A DNA stretch of 64,000 nt, taken from the NCBI GenBank assembly GCA_964371305.1, contig CAYJLA010000003.1, forward strand, positions 2,578 to 66,577. The letters run 5' to 3'. Positions 1 to 8,741 of the stretch are shown in pieces; within the stretch, counting starts at the first letter, position 1; every line of letters begins with the position of its first letter. This DNA comes from an uncultured Staphylococcaceae bacterium. GTDB taxonomy: Bacteria > Bacillota_I > Bacilli_A > RFN20 > CAG-826. Below the pieces are notes generated by a model that saw only the letters and a list, made by a program, of their open reading frames with translations, did no database searches and was not told where the DNA came from. The position numbers were made by a program, and so were the translations under genes.

Positions 1-764
1 CTGCTGTAGGCAACTTTAAAATCAATCAAGTGAGCATCAAAATCCGGCCCATCAACACATGCAAATTTTGTTTCATCTCCAACTTTAATCCTACAACCTC
101 CGCACATACCTGTTCCATCGATCATTATAGGGTTCATTGAAACAATAGTACTTATTTTATAAGGGCGAGTAACTTCAGCGATTGCCTCCATCATTTTAAG
201 GGGTCCAATAGCAAACACTCTGTCAAAAGTGACACCTTCTTTTAATGTTCTACCCAAATACGTTACACAATTTTCTTTTTGTTCAAGATTTTCATCGACG
301 AATAATTGATAATTGTCGCTTAATGCTTTTAATTCATCATCTAAAATAACTCTATCTTTTGATCTAAACGAAGATAATACAGTGATTTCTGAACCTCTAT
401 CATGCAGTTTCTGTGCAATAGGTAGACCAATAGCAGCTCCTACTCCACCAAGCACAATGCATACTTTTTGTAATCCATCTAATTCAGTTGGTTTCCCAAG
501 TGGTCCTAAAAAATCTAGTAACTTATCACCAACCTCTAATGTAGAAAGTTTTGATGTAGTGGTGCCTACGGATTGAAAAATAATAGTCACCAAACCCCTA
601 TCTAAATCAACTTTGTTTATTGTAAGTGGTATTCTTTCGCCATGTTCATCAGTTCGTAAAATTATAAATTCTCCTGGTTGAGCCTTTTTAGCGACCAAAG
701 GAGCGTAAATTTCGATACTATAAATATTTGTGGCTAACTTTTTCTTCTTTAATATATCAAACAT
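1..764 (-). CDS. PyrK/NfnA-like FAD/NAD-binding electron-transfer subunit (sulfide/dihydroorotate dehydrogenase-like); C-terminus runs off the window edge
   Basis: Manual minus-strand translation starts MFDILKKKKLATNIYSIEIYAPLVAKKAQPGEF (ATG is the reverse complement of 762-764). It continues in frame to position 1 without a stop. It ends with the MCGGCRIKVGDETKFACVDGPDFDAHLIDF 2Fe-2S cysteine motif typical of PyrK/NfnA. It is missing from the ORF track because no stop lies inside the window. Confidence 0.65.
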   Translation of the reverse strand, partial: MFDILKKKKLATNIYSIEIYAPLVAKKAQPGEFIILRTDEHGERIPLTINKVDLDRGLVTIIFQSVGTTTSKLSTLEVGDKLLDFLGPLGKPTELDGLQKVCIVLGGVGAAIGLPIAQKLHDRGSEITVLSSFRSKDRVILDDELKALSDNYQLFVDENLEQKENCVTYLGRTLKEGVTFDRVFAIGPLKMMEAIAEVTRPYKISTIVSMNPIMIDGTGMCGGCRIKVGDETKFACVDGPDFDAHLIDFKVAYS

Positions 765-770
765 AATTAA

Positions 771-1418
771 CTATTCAACGATTTCAACATCAGTTACTTC
801 TGCGTTTGTTGTAGTAGGTAAAGTGCTATCAGGAGTAGTTTGTACTACTTGTGTATTCTTTTTAAGGTGATAAGCTATTCTAATTAAATTGATTATAATT
901 ACAACACCAAGAATCATTAAGACGCCACCGATGCAAATCATAATAATTTCGATTGCGCTTGTTTGTTGCCAAAACATTAATGCTGCTCCAACAATCATAA
1001 CTGTGGCTAATATAATTTGTAAAATGCCGATAACCAATTGTTTTTTTCCATCTCTCAATTTGAATGATGCATTTAAAGCAATTAATGCTCCGCCTATCAT
1101 AAAACTACATGCTACTAAAAATACTAAATATGTTTCTAATATTTCAGGATTTGAAACTAATAATATCCCAAGAGAAGTTACAAGAGTACCAGTTGCTAAA
1201 ACTACAAAGCTTTGTGGTGTTCTTGGGGAGATTAGTTGATAAACAATCATTAATACACCTTCTAAAATAATAAATGCACCAGCTACAATCCCAAGTGTAT
1301 CTGCAACCTCTTCGTGTAAAACCGCAAATAATATTCCGGCAATTATAGCTATAACAGCCTCAGTAATTCTCCAAATCATCCAAACAGTACTAAATTTTTT
1401 CATATTTAACTCCTCCAT
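771..1418 (-). CDS. DUF308/HdeD-like multi-pass membrane protein
   Basis: 215-aa ORF with repeated hydrophobic helices (IAIIAGILFAV, GIVAGAFIILEG...). The likely true start is the internal MKKFSTV. It lies 6 nt upstream of the nfnA-like start. Confidence 0.5.
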   Translation of the reverse strand: MEELNMKKFSTVWMIWRITEAVIAIIAGILFAVLHEEVADTLGIVAGAFIILEGVLMIVYQLISPRTPQSFVVLATGTLVTSLGILLVSNPEILETYLVFLVACSFMIGGALIALNASFKLRDGKKQLVIGILQIILATVMIVGAALMFWQQTSAIEIIMICIGGVLMILGVVIIINLIRIAYHLKKNTQVVQTTPDSTLPTTTNAEVTDVEIVE

Positions 1419-2176
1419 TATTTATATGTAAATAATAACATATTTAATAAACCAATGAATAATATATTTTCATTTAATGTGTAATCAGAAAAATGCTTAG
1501 CAAAACTTTTAGATAAACCACCAGTAAGATATATTTCAAAATCATAATTATATGATAATTTTATTCGATTAACTATGCCATTAATCATATCTATATGACC
1601 ATTAATGATACCAGCATTTAAGCTTTCATTAGTTGTTTTTCCTAGTGATGGTATTGAGTCTAAAATATGAAAATGCTTTATTAAATCAGCGTTTTTTAAA
1701 AGTGATTCTACAGTTTTTTGTATTCCCAACGTTATATTTACGCCTATGAGTTCTTTTGTTTCATTTACTACAACGAACTTTGTTGCAGTTCCCATATCTA
1801 TTATAATACTTGGTTTTGAACAAATTATACTTGCGCCCACCGCTAATGCATATAAATCACAACCGATTTCAGATGGATCTTTTATATTAATATTTATTGG
1901 TGATGGTGTCTTATAATTCACTAAAATAGGCGTAATATTCGAGAAGTTTGACAAAACATCTAGTACAATTTCAGTGTATTTAGGAGACACTGAAGCAATA
2001 ATAATTTTATCTAATTCACAAGTTGAGGTCATGTTTGAGACAACATCATGTAAATCTTTTATAAAAGCGTGTTTAGTATACAGTATACTTTTTTTGTTAG
2101 TGAAAATGACTCCATCAGTTAAGCAAAGTTTTGTTGCAGTATTGCCGATATCGATTAATAAAAAAACCTTTTTCAC
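1418..2176 (-). CDS. coaX: type III pantothenate kinase
   Basis: 252 aa. The N-terminus MKKVFLLIDIGNTATKLCL is the CoaX/Bvg-accessory-factor ASKHA-fold signature. Confidence 0.8.
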   Translation of the reverse strand: MKKVFLLIDIGNTATKLCLTDGVIFTNKKSILYTKHAFIKDLHDVVSNMTSTCELDKIIIASVSPKYTEIVLDVLSNFSNITPILVNYKTPSPININIKDPSEIGCDLYALAVGASIICSKPSIIIDMGTATKFVVVNETKELIGVNITLGIQKTVESLLKNADLIKHFHILDSIPSLGKTTNESLNAGIINGHIDMINGIVNRIKLSYNYDFEIYLTGGLSKSFAKHFSDYTLNENILFIGLLNMLLFTYK

Positions 2177-2282
2177 ACATATATAATACTACATTAATAA
2201 AAAAATGATAATTTTATTGTCTTTATCCAGTCAAAAAAATCATTTATAATTAAAGAGAATAATAAATCTAGAGAGGGCATTT

Positions 2283-2831
2283 ATGAATTTATGGCATAGA
2301 GTAGATCCAAAGCAAATCGGAAGTGAAAAATTTTTGGCTTGCATTGAAATTTCTAAGGGTAGTAAAAACAAGTATGAATTGGATAAATATTCAGGTACAT
2401 TAAAGTTGGATAGAATTCTTTTTACATCAACACACTATCCTCAAAATTATGGTTTCATACCACTGACTTATGCAGATGATGGTGATCCATTAGATGTGCT
2501 AGTTTTATGTAGTGAAGAGGTTATGCCACTTGCATTAGTGGAGTGCGCTCCTATTGGCGTTTTGGAAATGGTTGATGGTGGCAAATCAGATATGAAAATC
2601 ATCGCAGTAGCACTTAATGACCCGTTTTATTGTAATTATAAAGACATGAAAGAACTCCCAGAACATGTTATTTTGGAGATTAAACATTTCTTTAAAGTAT
2701 ATAAAGAACTTGAGAACAAACAAACTATGGTAAATTCTATTAGAGGACGCAGTAAAGCAATCGATGTTATTCAGGAAAGTATAAATGCGTATGGTGAGAA
2801 ATTCGGAAATATGTACAGAGGTATGTCTTAG
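2283..2831 (+). CDS. ppa: inorganic pyrophosphatase (family I)
   Basis: 182 aa, with typical soluble PPase motifs (EISKGSKNKYELDK, DGDPLDVLV). Confidence 0.9.
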   Translation: MNLWHRVDPKQIGSEKFLACIEISKGSKNKYELDKYSGTLKLDRILFTSTHYPQNYGFIPLTYADDGDPLDVLVLCSEEVMPLALVECAPIGVLEMVDGGKSDMKIIAVALNDPFYCNYKDMKELPEHVILEIKHFFKVYKELENKQTMVNSIRGRSKAIDVIQESINAYGEKFGNMYRGMS

Positions 2832-3598
2832 TGAAATTTACTATTTTTCATAATGAGAATAATTTATCGATCGTTTCTAGGATAAGAACAGTGCTAGTTC
2901 AATATGGTTACATTGAAGAAAATGATAACCCTGATATTGTAATTTCTGTGGGTGGAGATGGAACATTTTTAAGAGCCGTTGAATATTTTCATAAAACAAA
3001 TAATGATATATTGTTTGTTGGAGTTAAAGCAGGTAGACTAGGATTTTATTGTGACTTTTCTGAAAACGATATCGAATCACTTCCTGAGATAATTAAGTTG
3101 AAAGAAAATATTTTACATCTTGATTTAGTTAAAGGAACAATTGATGACAAAGAAACTTTTTTTGCCTTAAATGAAATTTCAATAACTAGCATTCCAAATA
3201 CAATTTATTTAGAAATTTTTGTTGATAATAGTTCACTTGAAAAATATGCAGGCACTGGGATAATTTTTTCTACAACAAGTGGCTCGACAGCCTATAACAA
3301 GTCTTTAAAAGGTGCTATCGTAGATAGTGTGATTCCTACAATTCAAATGACTAAAATGGCGGCAGTTAATTCTTCCGCACATCATTCTTTAGATGTATCA
3401 CTTATTTTAAACAACAATAGGAAAATTCTTGTAAAAAGTCTGCAAAAACTTGATTATTTAATTAGTTTTGATAATAAAATTTTAAAAACTACAATGTTTG
3501 ATAAACTTGATATTTCACTCAAAACAGGCGTTGTAAAAACTTTAGTTATACATAATGATGTGTTCGTAAGAAGATTAAAAAAGGCGGCATATATTTAA
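2831..3598 (+). CDS. nadK: NAD kinase
   Basis: 255 aa with the GGDGTFL motif and a DGxxxxTxxGSTAY region. Its start overlaps the ppa stop. Confidence 0.85.
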   Translation: MKFTIFHNENNLSIVSRIRTVLVQYGYIEENDNPDIVISVGGDGTFLRAVEYFHKTNNDILFVGVKAGRLGFYCDFSENDIESLPEIIKLKENILHLDLVKGTIDDKETFFALNEISITSIPNTIYLEIFVDNSSLEKYAGTGIIFSTTSGSTAYNKSLKGAIVDSVIPTIQMTKMAAVNSSAHHSLDVSLILNNNRKILVKSLQKLDYLISFDNKILKTTMFDKLDISLKTGVVKTLVIHNDVFVRRLKKAAYI

Positions 3599-4761
3599 TG
3601 AAAATTGGTATTGTTGGTGGAGGCGCAAGTGGAGTTTATTTAGCTTTGTTGCTAAAACAATACAACGAAAATATTGAAGTATTAATAATTGAACATAATG
3701 ATGGTTTACTAAAAAAACTTGCCATTACTGGTAGCGGTAAATGCAACTTTGCAAATTTGAAAATTCGTTCAATAGATTATTCAAACTATAATACAATTCA
3801 AAATATTTTAGACTCGTATCTACCTTTTGAAATAGCAGACCAGTTACTTAAGTTTGGTATTCCACATATTGCAAAAAACAACTTACTTTATCCAAAAAGT
3901 GAATCTGCAAAAACAGTTGTAGATAGACTTCTTTTTTTATTGGCCAAATACAATGTAAAGTTATTAACTAATTGTTCAGTTTCTGAATATGTAACTTGTG
4001 ACGAACAAGTCAATGGCCAAGATGTAGAAGTGTTTTTGACCAACGGAACATCTATTATCGTTGATCATTTAGTGTTTGCTACAGGCGGTATTACTTATCC
4101 TAAAACTGGAAGTGATGGAAGTTTGTTTGAATTATTAAAACGTCATAGTTACAATTTTAGTGAATTAAAAGTAGGACTTGCTCCTGTGCAAACAAAAGAG
4201 AAATTAAATGTACTCGATGGAGATAGATTAAAATGTAATGTTAAATTATACTTTGATCAAAAGTTTGTATATGAAGAATACGGAGAGGTACTTTTTAAGA
4301 AAAATGGATTAGGAGGTATTGTAATTTACAATATGTGCTCACTTATTGCAAGAAACAAGAAGTATGAAAATGCGCAAATTGAGCTAGAAATTATAGATAA
4401 TGATCTATTATCAAAGCTAGAGATTAAAGAAATATCAGACATTCAAGGATTTCTAACACCTAAAATGTATAAGTATCTTTGTTCTTTAAATTTCACAAAT
4501 GATAAATTAAGAAAAATTTTATCAAGTTTCACATTAACATATTTAAAACCTTATGGACCAGAATTTTCTCAAGTAACAGTGGGTGGAATAAAGTTAGAAT
4601 ACGTAAACGAAGCATTGATGTCAAAACATGAGCATAATGTCTATTTTGTTGGTGAAATGCTTGACGTAGATGGTTTGTGCGGCGGATACAATTTAATGTG
4701 GTCTTTTTGCTCGAGTTTTGCAGTATATAATGATATTATATCAAGGTATGAATTATACTGA
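3598..4761 (+). CDS. HI0933/BaiN-family NAD(P)/FAD-dependent oxidoreductase
   Basis: N-terminal MKIGIVGGGASGVYLALLL Rossmann dinucleotide motif and C-terminal GEMLDVDGLCGGYNL typical of the HI0933-like flavoprotein family. Confidence 0.7.
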   Translation: MKIGIVGGGASGVYLALLLKQYNENIEVLIIEHNDGLLKKLAITGSGKCNFANLKIRSIDYSNYNTIQNILDSYLPFEIADQLLKFGIPHIAKNNLLYPKSESAKTVVDRLLFLLAKYNVKLLTNCSVSEYVTCDEQVNGQDVEVFLTNGTSIIVDHLVFATGGITYPKTGSDGSLFELLKRHSYNFSELKVGLAPVQTKEKLNVLDGDRLKCNVKLYFDQKFVYEEYGEVLFKKNGLGGIVIYNMCSLIARNKKYENAQIELEIIDNDLLSKLEIKEISDIQGFLTPKMYKYLCSLNFTNDKLRKILSSFTLTYLKPYGPEFSQVTVGGIKLEYVNEALMSKHEHNVYFVGEMLDVDGLCGGYNLMWSFCSSFAVYNDIISRYELY

Positions 4762-5248
4762 TCAAGAAAAACGCGAACATTACAGTTATTTAAAATCATT
4801 ACTGACTAACAAATATATATTGCAAATGATTGGAAATACACATCATAAGCATTCCAATACGTTTTTACACAGTAAATTAATTGCGTTAGAGTGTCTATAT
4901 ATAGCACACAAATCAAAAAAATGTTATAATGTAAAATCTCTCCTTTTAGGAGCGATGTTGCATGATTTTTTTCTTTATAATCAAAAGGAAAAAAAGACAC
5001 ATTTGCATTTGTTCTATCACCCCAGTGAAGCTTATGAAAATGCAAGAAAGTATTTCGATGTAAATGAAATAGTTAAAGATATAATTTTGCATCATATGTG
5101 GCCACTTGCCTTAACAAAGCCGCCTAAGTTTAAAGAAGCGTGGTTAGTGTGTTATGTCGATAAAAAGGCATCAATTAAAGAAAGAATTATGAATAAAAAA
5201 TATTTACAAAAAATGAAAGAAAAAGAGAACTATTATGAAAAAATTTAA
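4748..5248 (+). CDS. HD-domain phosphohydrolase-like protein
   Basis: H...HD motif (LHSKLIALECLYIAH...AMLHDFF). The start was refined to an ATG overlapping the upstream stop (ATGA). The ORF-track start 4718 is probably too far upstream. Confidence 0.55.
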   Translation: MNYTDQEKREHYSYLKSLLTNKYILQMIGNTHHKHSNTFLHSKLIALECLYIAHKSKKCYNVKSLLLGAMLHDFFLYNQKEKKTHLHLFYHPSEAYENARKYFDVNEIVKDIILHHMWPLALTKPPKFKEAWLVCYVDKKASIKERIMNKKYLQKMKEKENYYEKI

Positions 5249-7772
5249 ATTATTTGCATCAATTGGACTATTGATGAGTTCAGCTATTGTTTTATCTGCT
5301 TGTACATTCGATATATTTCCAAGTATAGTTGATAATTCCAACCCAACCATAAGTGGAGAACCTAGTATCGAACCTTCAATTACAGATGATTATTCGGATA
5401 CAGACCCAAGTGTTTCAGTCCCGTCAACAGATATAACTAATCCAACAATAACAGATCCTACTACTGGAACAGTAAGTGATCCAAGCGTGCCTGTGTTGGA
5501 ACGTAAAATTATCATGGATGAAACTAATGGAAAATATGTTTCAGGTAATGCAACTATGCAAGCTGAAAGTATGAATGGTGACTTATTTGATTTTGCCGTA
5601 GGCTCAACTAGTCTTGTTGAAGAAGTTGATAGTTTAATAAGTATTAAAGCGACTGGTAAGTTGTATAATGTAACAAAAATTACTGGTATAGATACTGTTA
5701 CGGTTAATTATTCTACAATCAGTTCATCTAAAATTACTTTATTTCACGGAACTAGTAGTGAACCATCTGTTAATAGCGTTACTTTAGAAAGCGGAGTCCC
5801 TTTTAATGCTGATGAAATTGCAGTAGATTATATACTTTTGCAAAATTTAACTGCATTACCTATTACAATTAGTTCAATTGAAATTACATATTCTAATATA
5901 CAAAGAAAAAATCTTACATCTGTTGAATTAGATGTAACGGATTTATCACTAGACGGAACTCAACCACTAAAAAATTATGTCCCAAGCGTTATAAGAGGAA
6001 CTGCTGTATACTCCGATAACTCTAGAACAACATTAAGTTATGATAAAGATGGAAATAGTGGTTTTTCAATATTTTATATAGATAATACTCTATTTGAATA
6101 TACAGGTGAGATTATTTATAATAAATCTGGTTATGTTGAATTAGTAATCGAATATAAGGGTATTGAATCTGATTCGGTTACACTTTTACTTGAGGGTCCT
6201 GGTTATTCAAACGTACCTACTAGTATTGATATAAATGATGTGTATGTAGTTTTAACTCTCGGCGAAACCTACCAAATTATACATGATGTAACGCCTGAGA
6301 TTGCCTCAAAAGATGTTGATTATAGTATACTTAGCACCGGAACCGCTGTTTCAGTTGATGAAAGTGGTTTGGTTAAAGCGGATAAGTTTGGTAATACAAC
6401 TGTAAGAGTCACTTCATCTGTTTCAACTAGTGTTTATACAGATATTGAGTTTGAAGTTACTGAGGAAACAGGATATTCTCAGGAAGCTGTTGACTATACG
6501 TCAATTGATTATAATAAAAAGGGGTTTGCTCCTGCGTTAGGTAATCAAAAAGTATTAATGATACCGATTCAATTATCCGGAGAAGGAACTTTTACTTCGT
6601 CTGAATTAGATAATATAGAAAATTATACATTTGGTACTAAAAACAATACACCTGACAGTTGGAACTCTTTAAAAACATATTACGAAACCGCTAGTTTTAA
6701 TCGAATTAATATAACAGGAGAAGTTGCTCCAGTATATCAATCTGCTAATTCAAGAGATTATGTAAATAGCTCTTACTATAACTTAGTTAAATTAATGCAA
6801 GATGCACTTGAATGGGTAGGAGAAAACGGAGTCACCCTTGATGACTATGACATTGATGACAACGGATATATTGATTCAGTTCATTTTATAACAAAAACAT
6901 ATTCAGATGTATGGGGAGAAGTATTATGGCCGCATAAATCTGAATTACCATACGCTGCAGGTACAAAAGCTAATCCTGAAATAAGAGTTTATACAGCTAC
7001 AACATTCGATCATTTTACTGATGCTAGAACTATTATACATGAACAAGGTCATGTTTTTGGACTTGCTGATTATTATGATTATTCTGGAACTGGTATAGAT
7101 TATGTAAAGTCTGCTGATATGCAGTCTGGAAATTATTTTGACTGGAATTCTTTTTCAAAATTAACTACTGGCTGGGTAGATCCATACGTAATAAACGGTA
7201 AACTTAATTCTACTACTGTTACTATAAATGCTGCAGCTTCAAGCGGTGATAGCTTAATTATTCCTGCATCAACATGGAATGGTTCAGCTTTTGATGAATA
7301 TATACTGGTAGAATTATTCTCCCCTAAAGGAAATAACGAAGATGACTGGAATGTTTGGTCATATAATTTTGGCGGATTAGGATCTTATGGAGTGAGATTG
7401 TATCATGTAGATGCAAGATTATACTCTACATCTAATAGCTATGTAATTAATGATCCTGACGCATCTCAAGACTATGGAACTGTTAATTACGCTAATAACA
7501 ATTCATATGATGGCAATGATTATGGTGGATACTACCTTGAAGATGATTTTGCATTATTAGAATTAATATCAAAAAATAAGCGTTCTACGACTCAAAGATA
7601 TTTAAATAGTGGCGACTTATTTGTCGAAGGTGACACATTCTCATTTAGTAAATATTCTAACTATTTTACAAAAACTACTACAATGAATAATGGAGAAGCA
7701 TTCCCATATGAACTTTCATTTAGTAATATGTCAGCTGATTCAGTTACTGTCACAGTAAAAAACTTATTTTAA
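5235..7772 (+). CDS. surface lipoprotein, M6 (InhA)-like zinc metalloprotease with Ig-like (Big_2-like) region
   Basis: Lipoprotein signal MKKFKLFASIGLLMSSAIVLSAC (lipobox LSAC). HEQGHVFGLADYYD matches the HExxHxxGxxDxYD signature of M6 immune-inhibitor-A peptidases. The central region is a beta-rich repeat (VDYSILSTGTAVSVDESGLVKA...). Confidence 0.6.
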   Translation: MKKFKLFASIGLLMSSAIVLSACTFDIFPSIVDNSNPTISGEPSIEPSITDDYSDTDPSVSVPSTDITNPTITDPTTGTVSDPSVPVLERKIIMDETNGKYVSGNATMQAESMNGDLFDFAVGSTSLVEEVDSLISIKATGKLYNVTKITGIDTVTVNYSTISSSKITLFHGTSSEPSVNSVTLESGVPFNADEIAVDYILLQNLTALPITISSIEITYSNIQRKNLTSVELDVTDLSLDGTQPLKNYVPSVIRGTAVYSDNSRTTLSYDKDGNSGFSIFYIDNTLFEYTGEIIYNKSGYVELVIEYKGIESDSVTLLLEGPGYSNVPTSIDINDVYVVLTLGETYQIIHDVTPEIASKDVDYSILSTGTAVSVDESGLVKADKFGNTTVRVTSSVSTSVYTDIEFEVTEETGYSQEAVDYTSIDYNKKGFAPALGNQKVLMIPIQLSGEGTFTSSELDNIENYTFGTKNNTPDSWNSLKTYYETASFNRINITGEVAPVYQSANSRDYVNSSYYNLVKLMQDALEWVGENGVTLDDYDIDDNGYIDSVHFITKTYSDVWGEVLWPHKSELPYAAGTKANPEIRVYTATTFDHFTDARTIIHEQGHVFGLADYYDYSGTGIDYVKSADMQSGNYFDWNSFSKLTTGWVDPYVINGKLNSTTVTINAAASSGDSLIIPASTWNGSAFDEYILVELFSPKGNNEDDWNVWSYNFGGLGSYGVRLYHVDARLYSTSNSYVINDPDASQDYGTVNYANNNSYDGNDYGGYYLEDDFALLELISKNKRSTTQRYLNSGDLFVEGDTFSFSKYSNYFTKTTTMNNGEAFPYELSFSNMSADSVTVTVKNLF

Positions 7773-7784
7773 GAGGAAAACACA

Positions 7785-8213
7785 ATGATTATAGATGAAA
7801 TTAAAAAACAAAGCATGATTGCGCTTAAAGAAAAAGATTCTGTCAAAAGAGGCATTTTGGGAGTAGTAGTTAATAAATATACTCAACTTGCTATTGAATT
7901 AAAATCAAGAGGTGAAGAAATTAGCGATGATGATACAATACGTATTTTGACAAAAGTCAAAAAAGAATTGGATGAAGAGTTAAATGGTTTCATTCAAGTA
8001 AATAACCAAGAAAAAATCAATACCATAATGCATCAAAAAGAAGTGATCAAAATTTTCTTGCCTGCAATGCTTAGCGAAGAAGAAATTGAAGAAATTATTA
8101 GAAGTTTGGATGATAAATCTATACCTTCTATAATGAAGCATTTTAAAGCAAACTATTCTTCTAAAGCTGATATGTCTTTAGTAAATAAAGTAGCAAGAGA
8201 ATTTGTAGCATAA
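7785..8213 (+). CDS. GatB/YqeY domain protein
   Basis: 142 aa. N-terminal IKKQSMIALKEKDSVKRGILGVVVN is typical of the YqeY family. Confidence 0.7.
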   Translation: MIIDEIKKQSMIALKEKDSVKRGILGVVVNKYTQLAIELKSRGEEISDDDTIRILTKVKKELDEELNGFIQVNNQEKINTIMHQKEVIKIFLPAMLSEEEIEEIIRSLDDKSIPSIMKHFKANYSSKADMSLVNKVAREFVA

Positions 8214-8256
8214 AATATTGAAATCCCTTATTAATATAGTATAATTAATAAGGTAT

Positions 8257-8330
8257 AGGGGCGTCGTACAATGGTAGTACACCGGTCTCCAAAACCGTTT
8301 ATGCGAGTTCAATTCTTGTCGCCCCTGCCA
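8257..8330 (+). tRNA. trnW: tRNA-Trp (anticodon CCA)
   Basis: Cloverleaf AGGGGCG...CGCCCCT acceptor stem, anticodon loop CTCCAAA, GTTCAATTC T-loop, and discriminator G plus encoded CCA. It reads UGG only. Confidence 0.9.
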
Positions 8331-8337
8331 ATTAAAA

Positions 8338-8368
8338 TAACTAGTTAGTGATGGCTAGTTTTTTTATT
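8338..8368 (+). terminator. rho-independent terminator after tRNA-Trp
   Basis: Hairpin AACTAG-ttagtgatgg-CTAGTT followed by TTTTTTT. Confidence 0.6.
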
Positions 8369-8376
8369 GTCTTAAA

Positions 8377-8697
8377 TTATTGAAAAGGATTAAAGAAAAC
8401 TATTATATTAAATAGCGCAACTTGTCCTAAGTACATCACAAATAATATTAAGTCAGTAACTGCAAGTTTTACAGATGTTCTTTTGACTATGTTTGATATT
8501 CCGCTTATAAGTGCGTATATTACCAACGGAATAGAAATAAATTCAATAATCCAAAGTATAATGGCAAAAATTGAAACTCCAGAACCGAAAATTTGCCCGT
8601 TTTGATATTCTACTGCAACTAGTAACCAAGTAAAAGGCAAATGAATAAGATTTACTGCTATTAATAGTATCATTAGCAAAATATTGTTTATTTTCAT
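8377..8697 (-). CDS. small hydrophobic membrane protein (unknown function)
   Basis: 106 aa, with three predicted transmembrane helices. Confidence 0.4.
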   Translation of the reverse strand: MKINNILLMILLIAVNLIHLPFTWLLVAVEYQNGQIFGSGVSIFAIILWIIEFISIPLVIYALISGISNIVKRTSVKLAVTDLILFVMYLGQVALFNIIVFFNPFQ

Positions 8698-8741
8698 ACT
8701 CTAATGGTACTATAAGATTTATCAAAAATAAAATAGATATA

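Noticed and set aside
313-576. 87-aa plus-strand ORF at the window start.
   Set aside because: It lies antisense inside the well-conserved minus-strand NfnA/PyrK-like gene. The sequence is low-complexity with no RBS.
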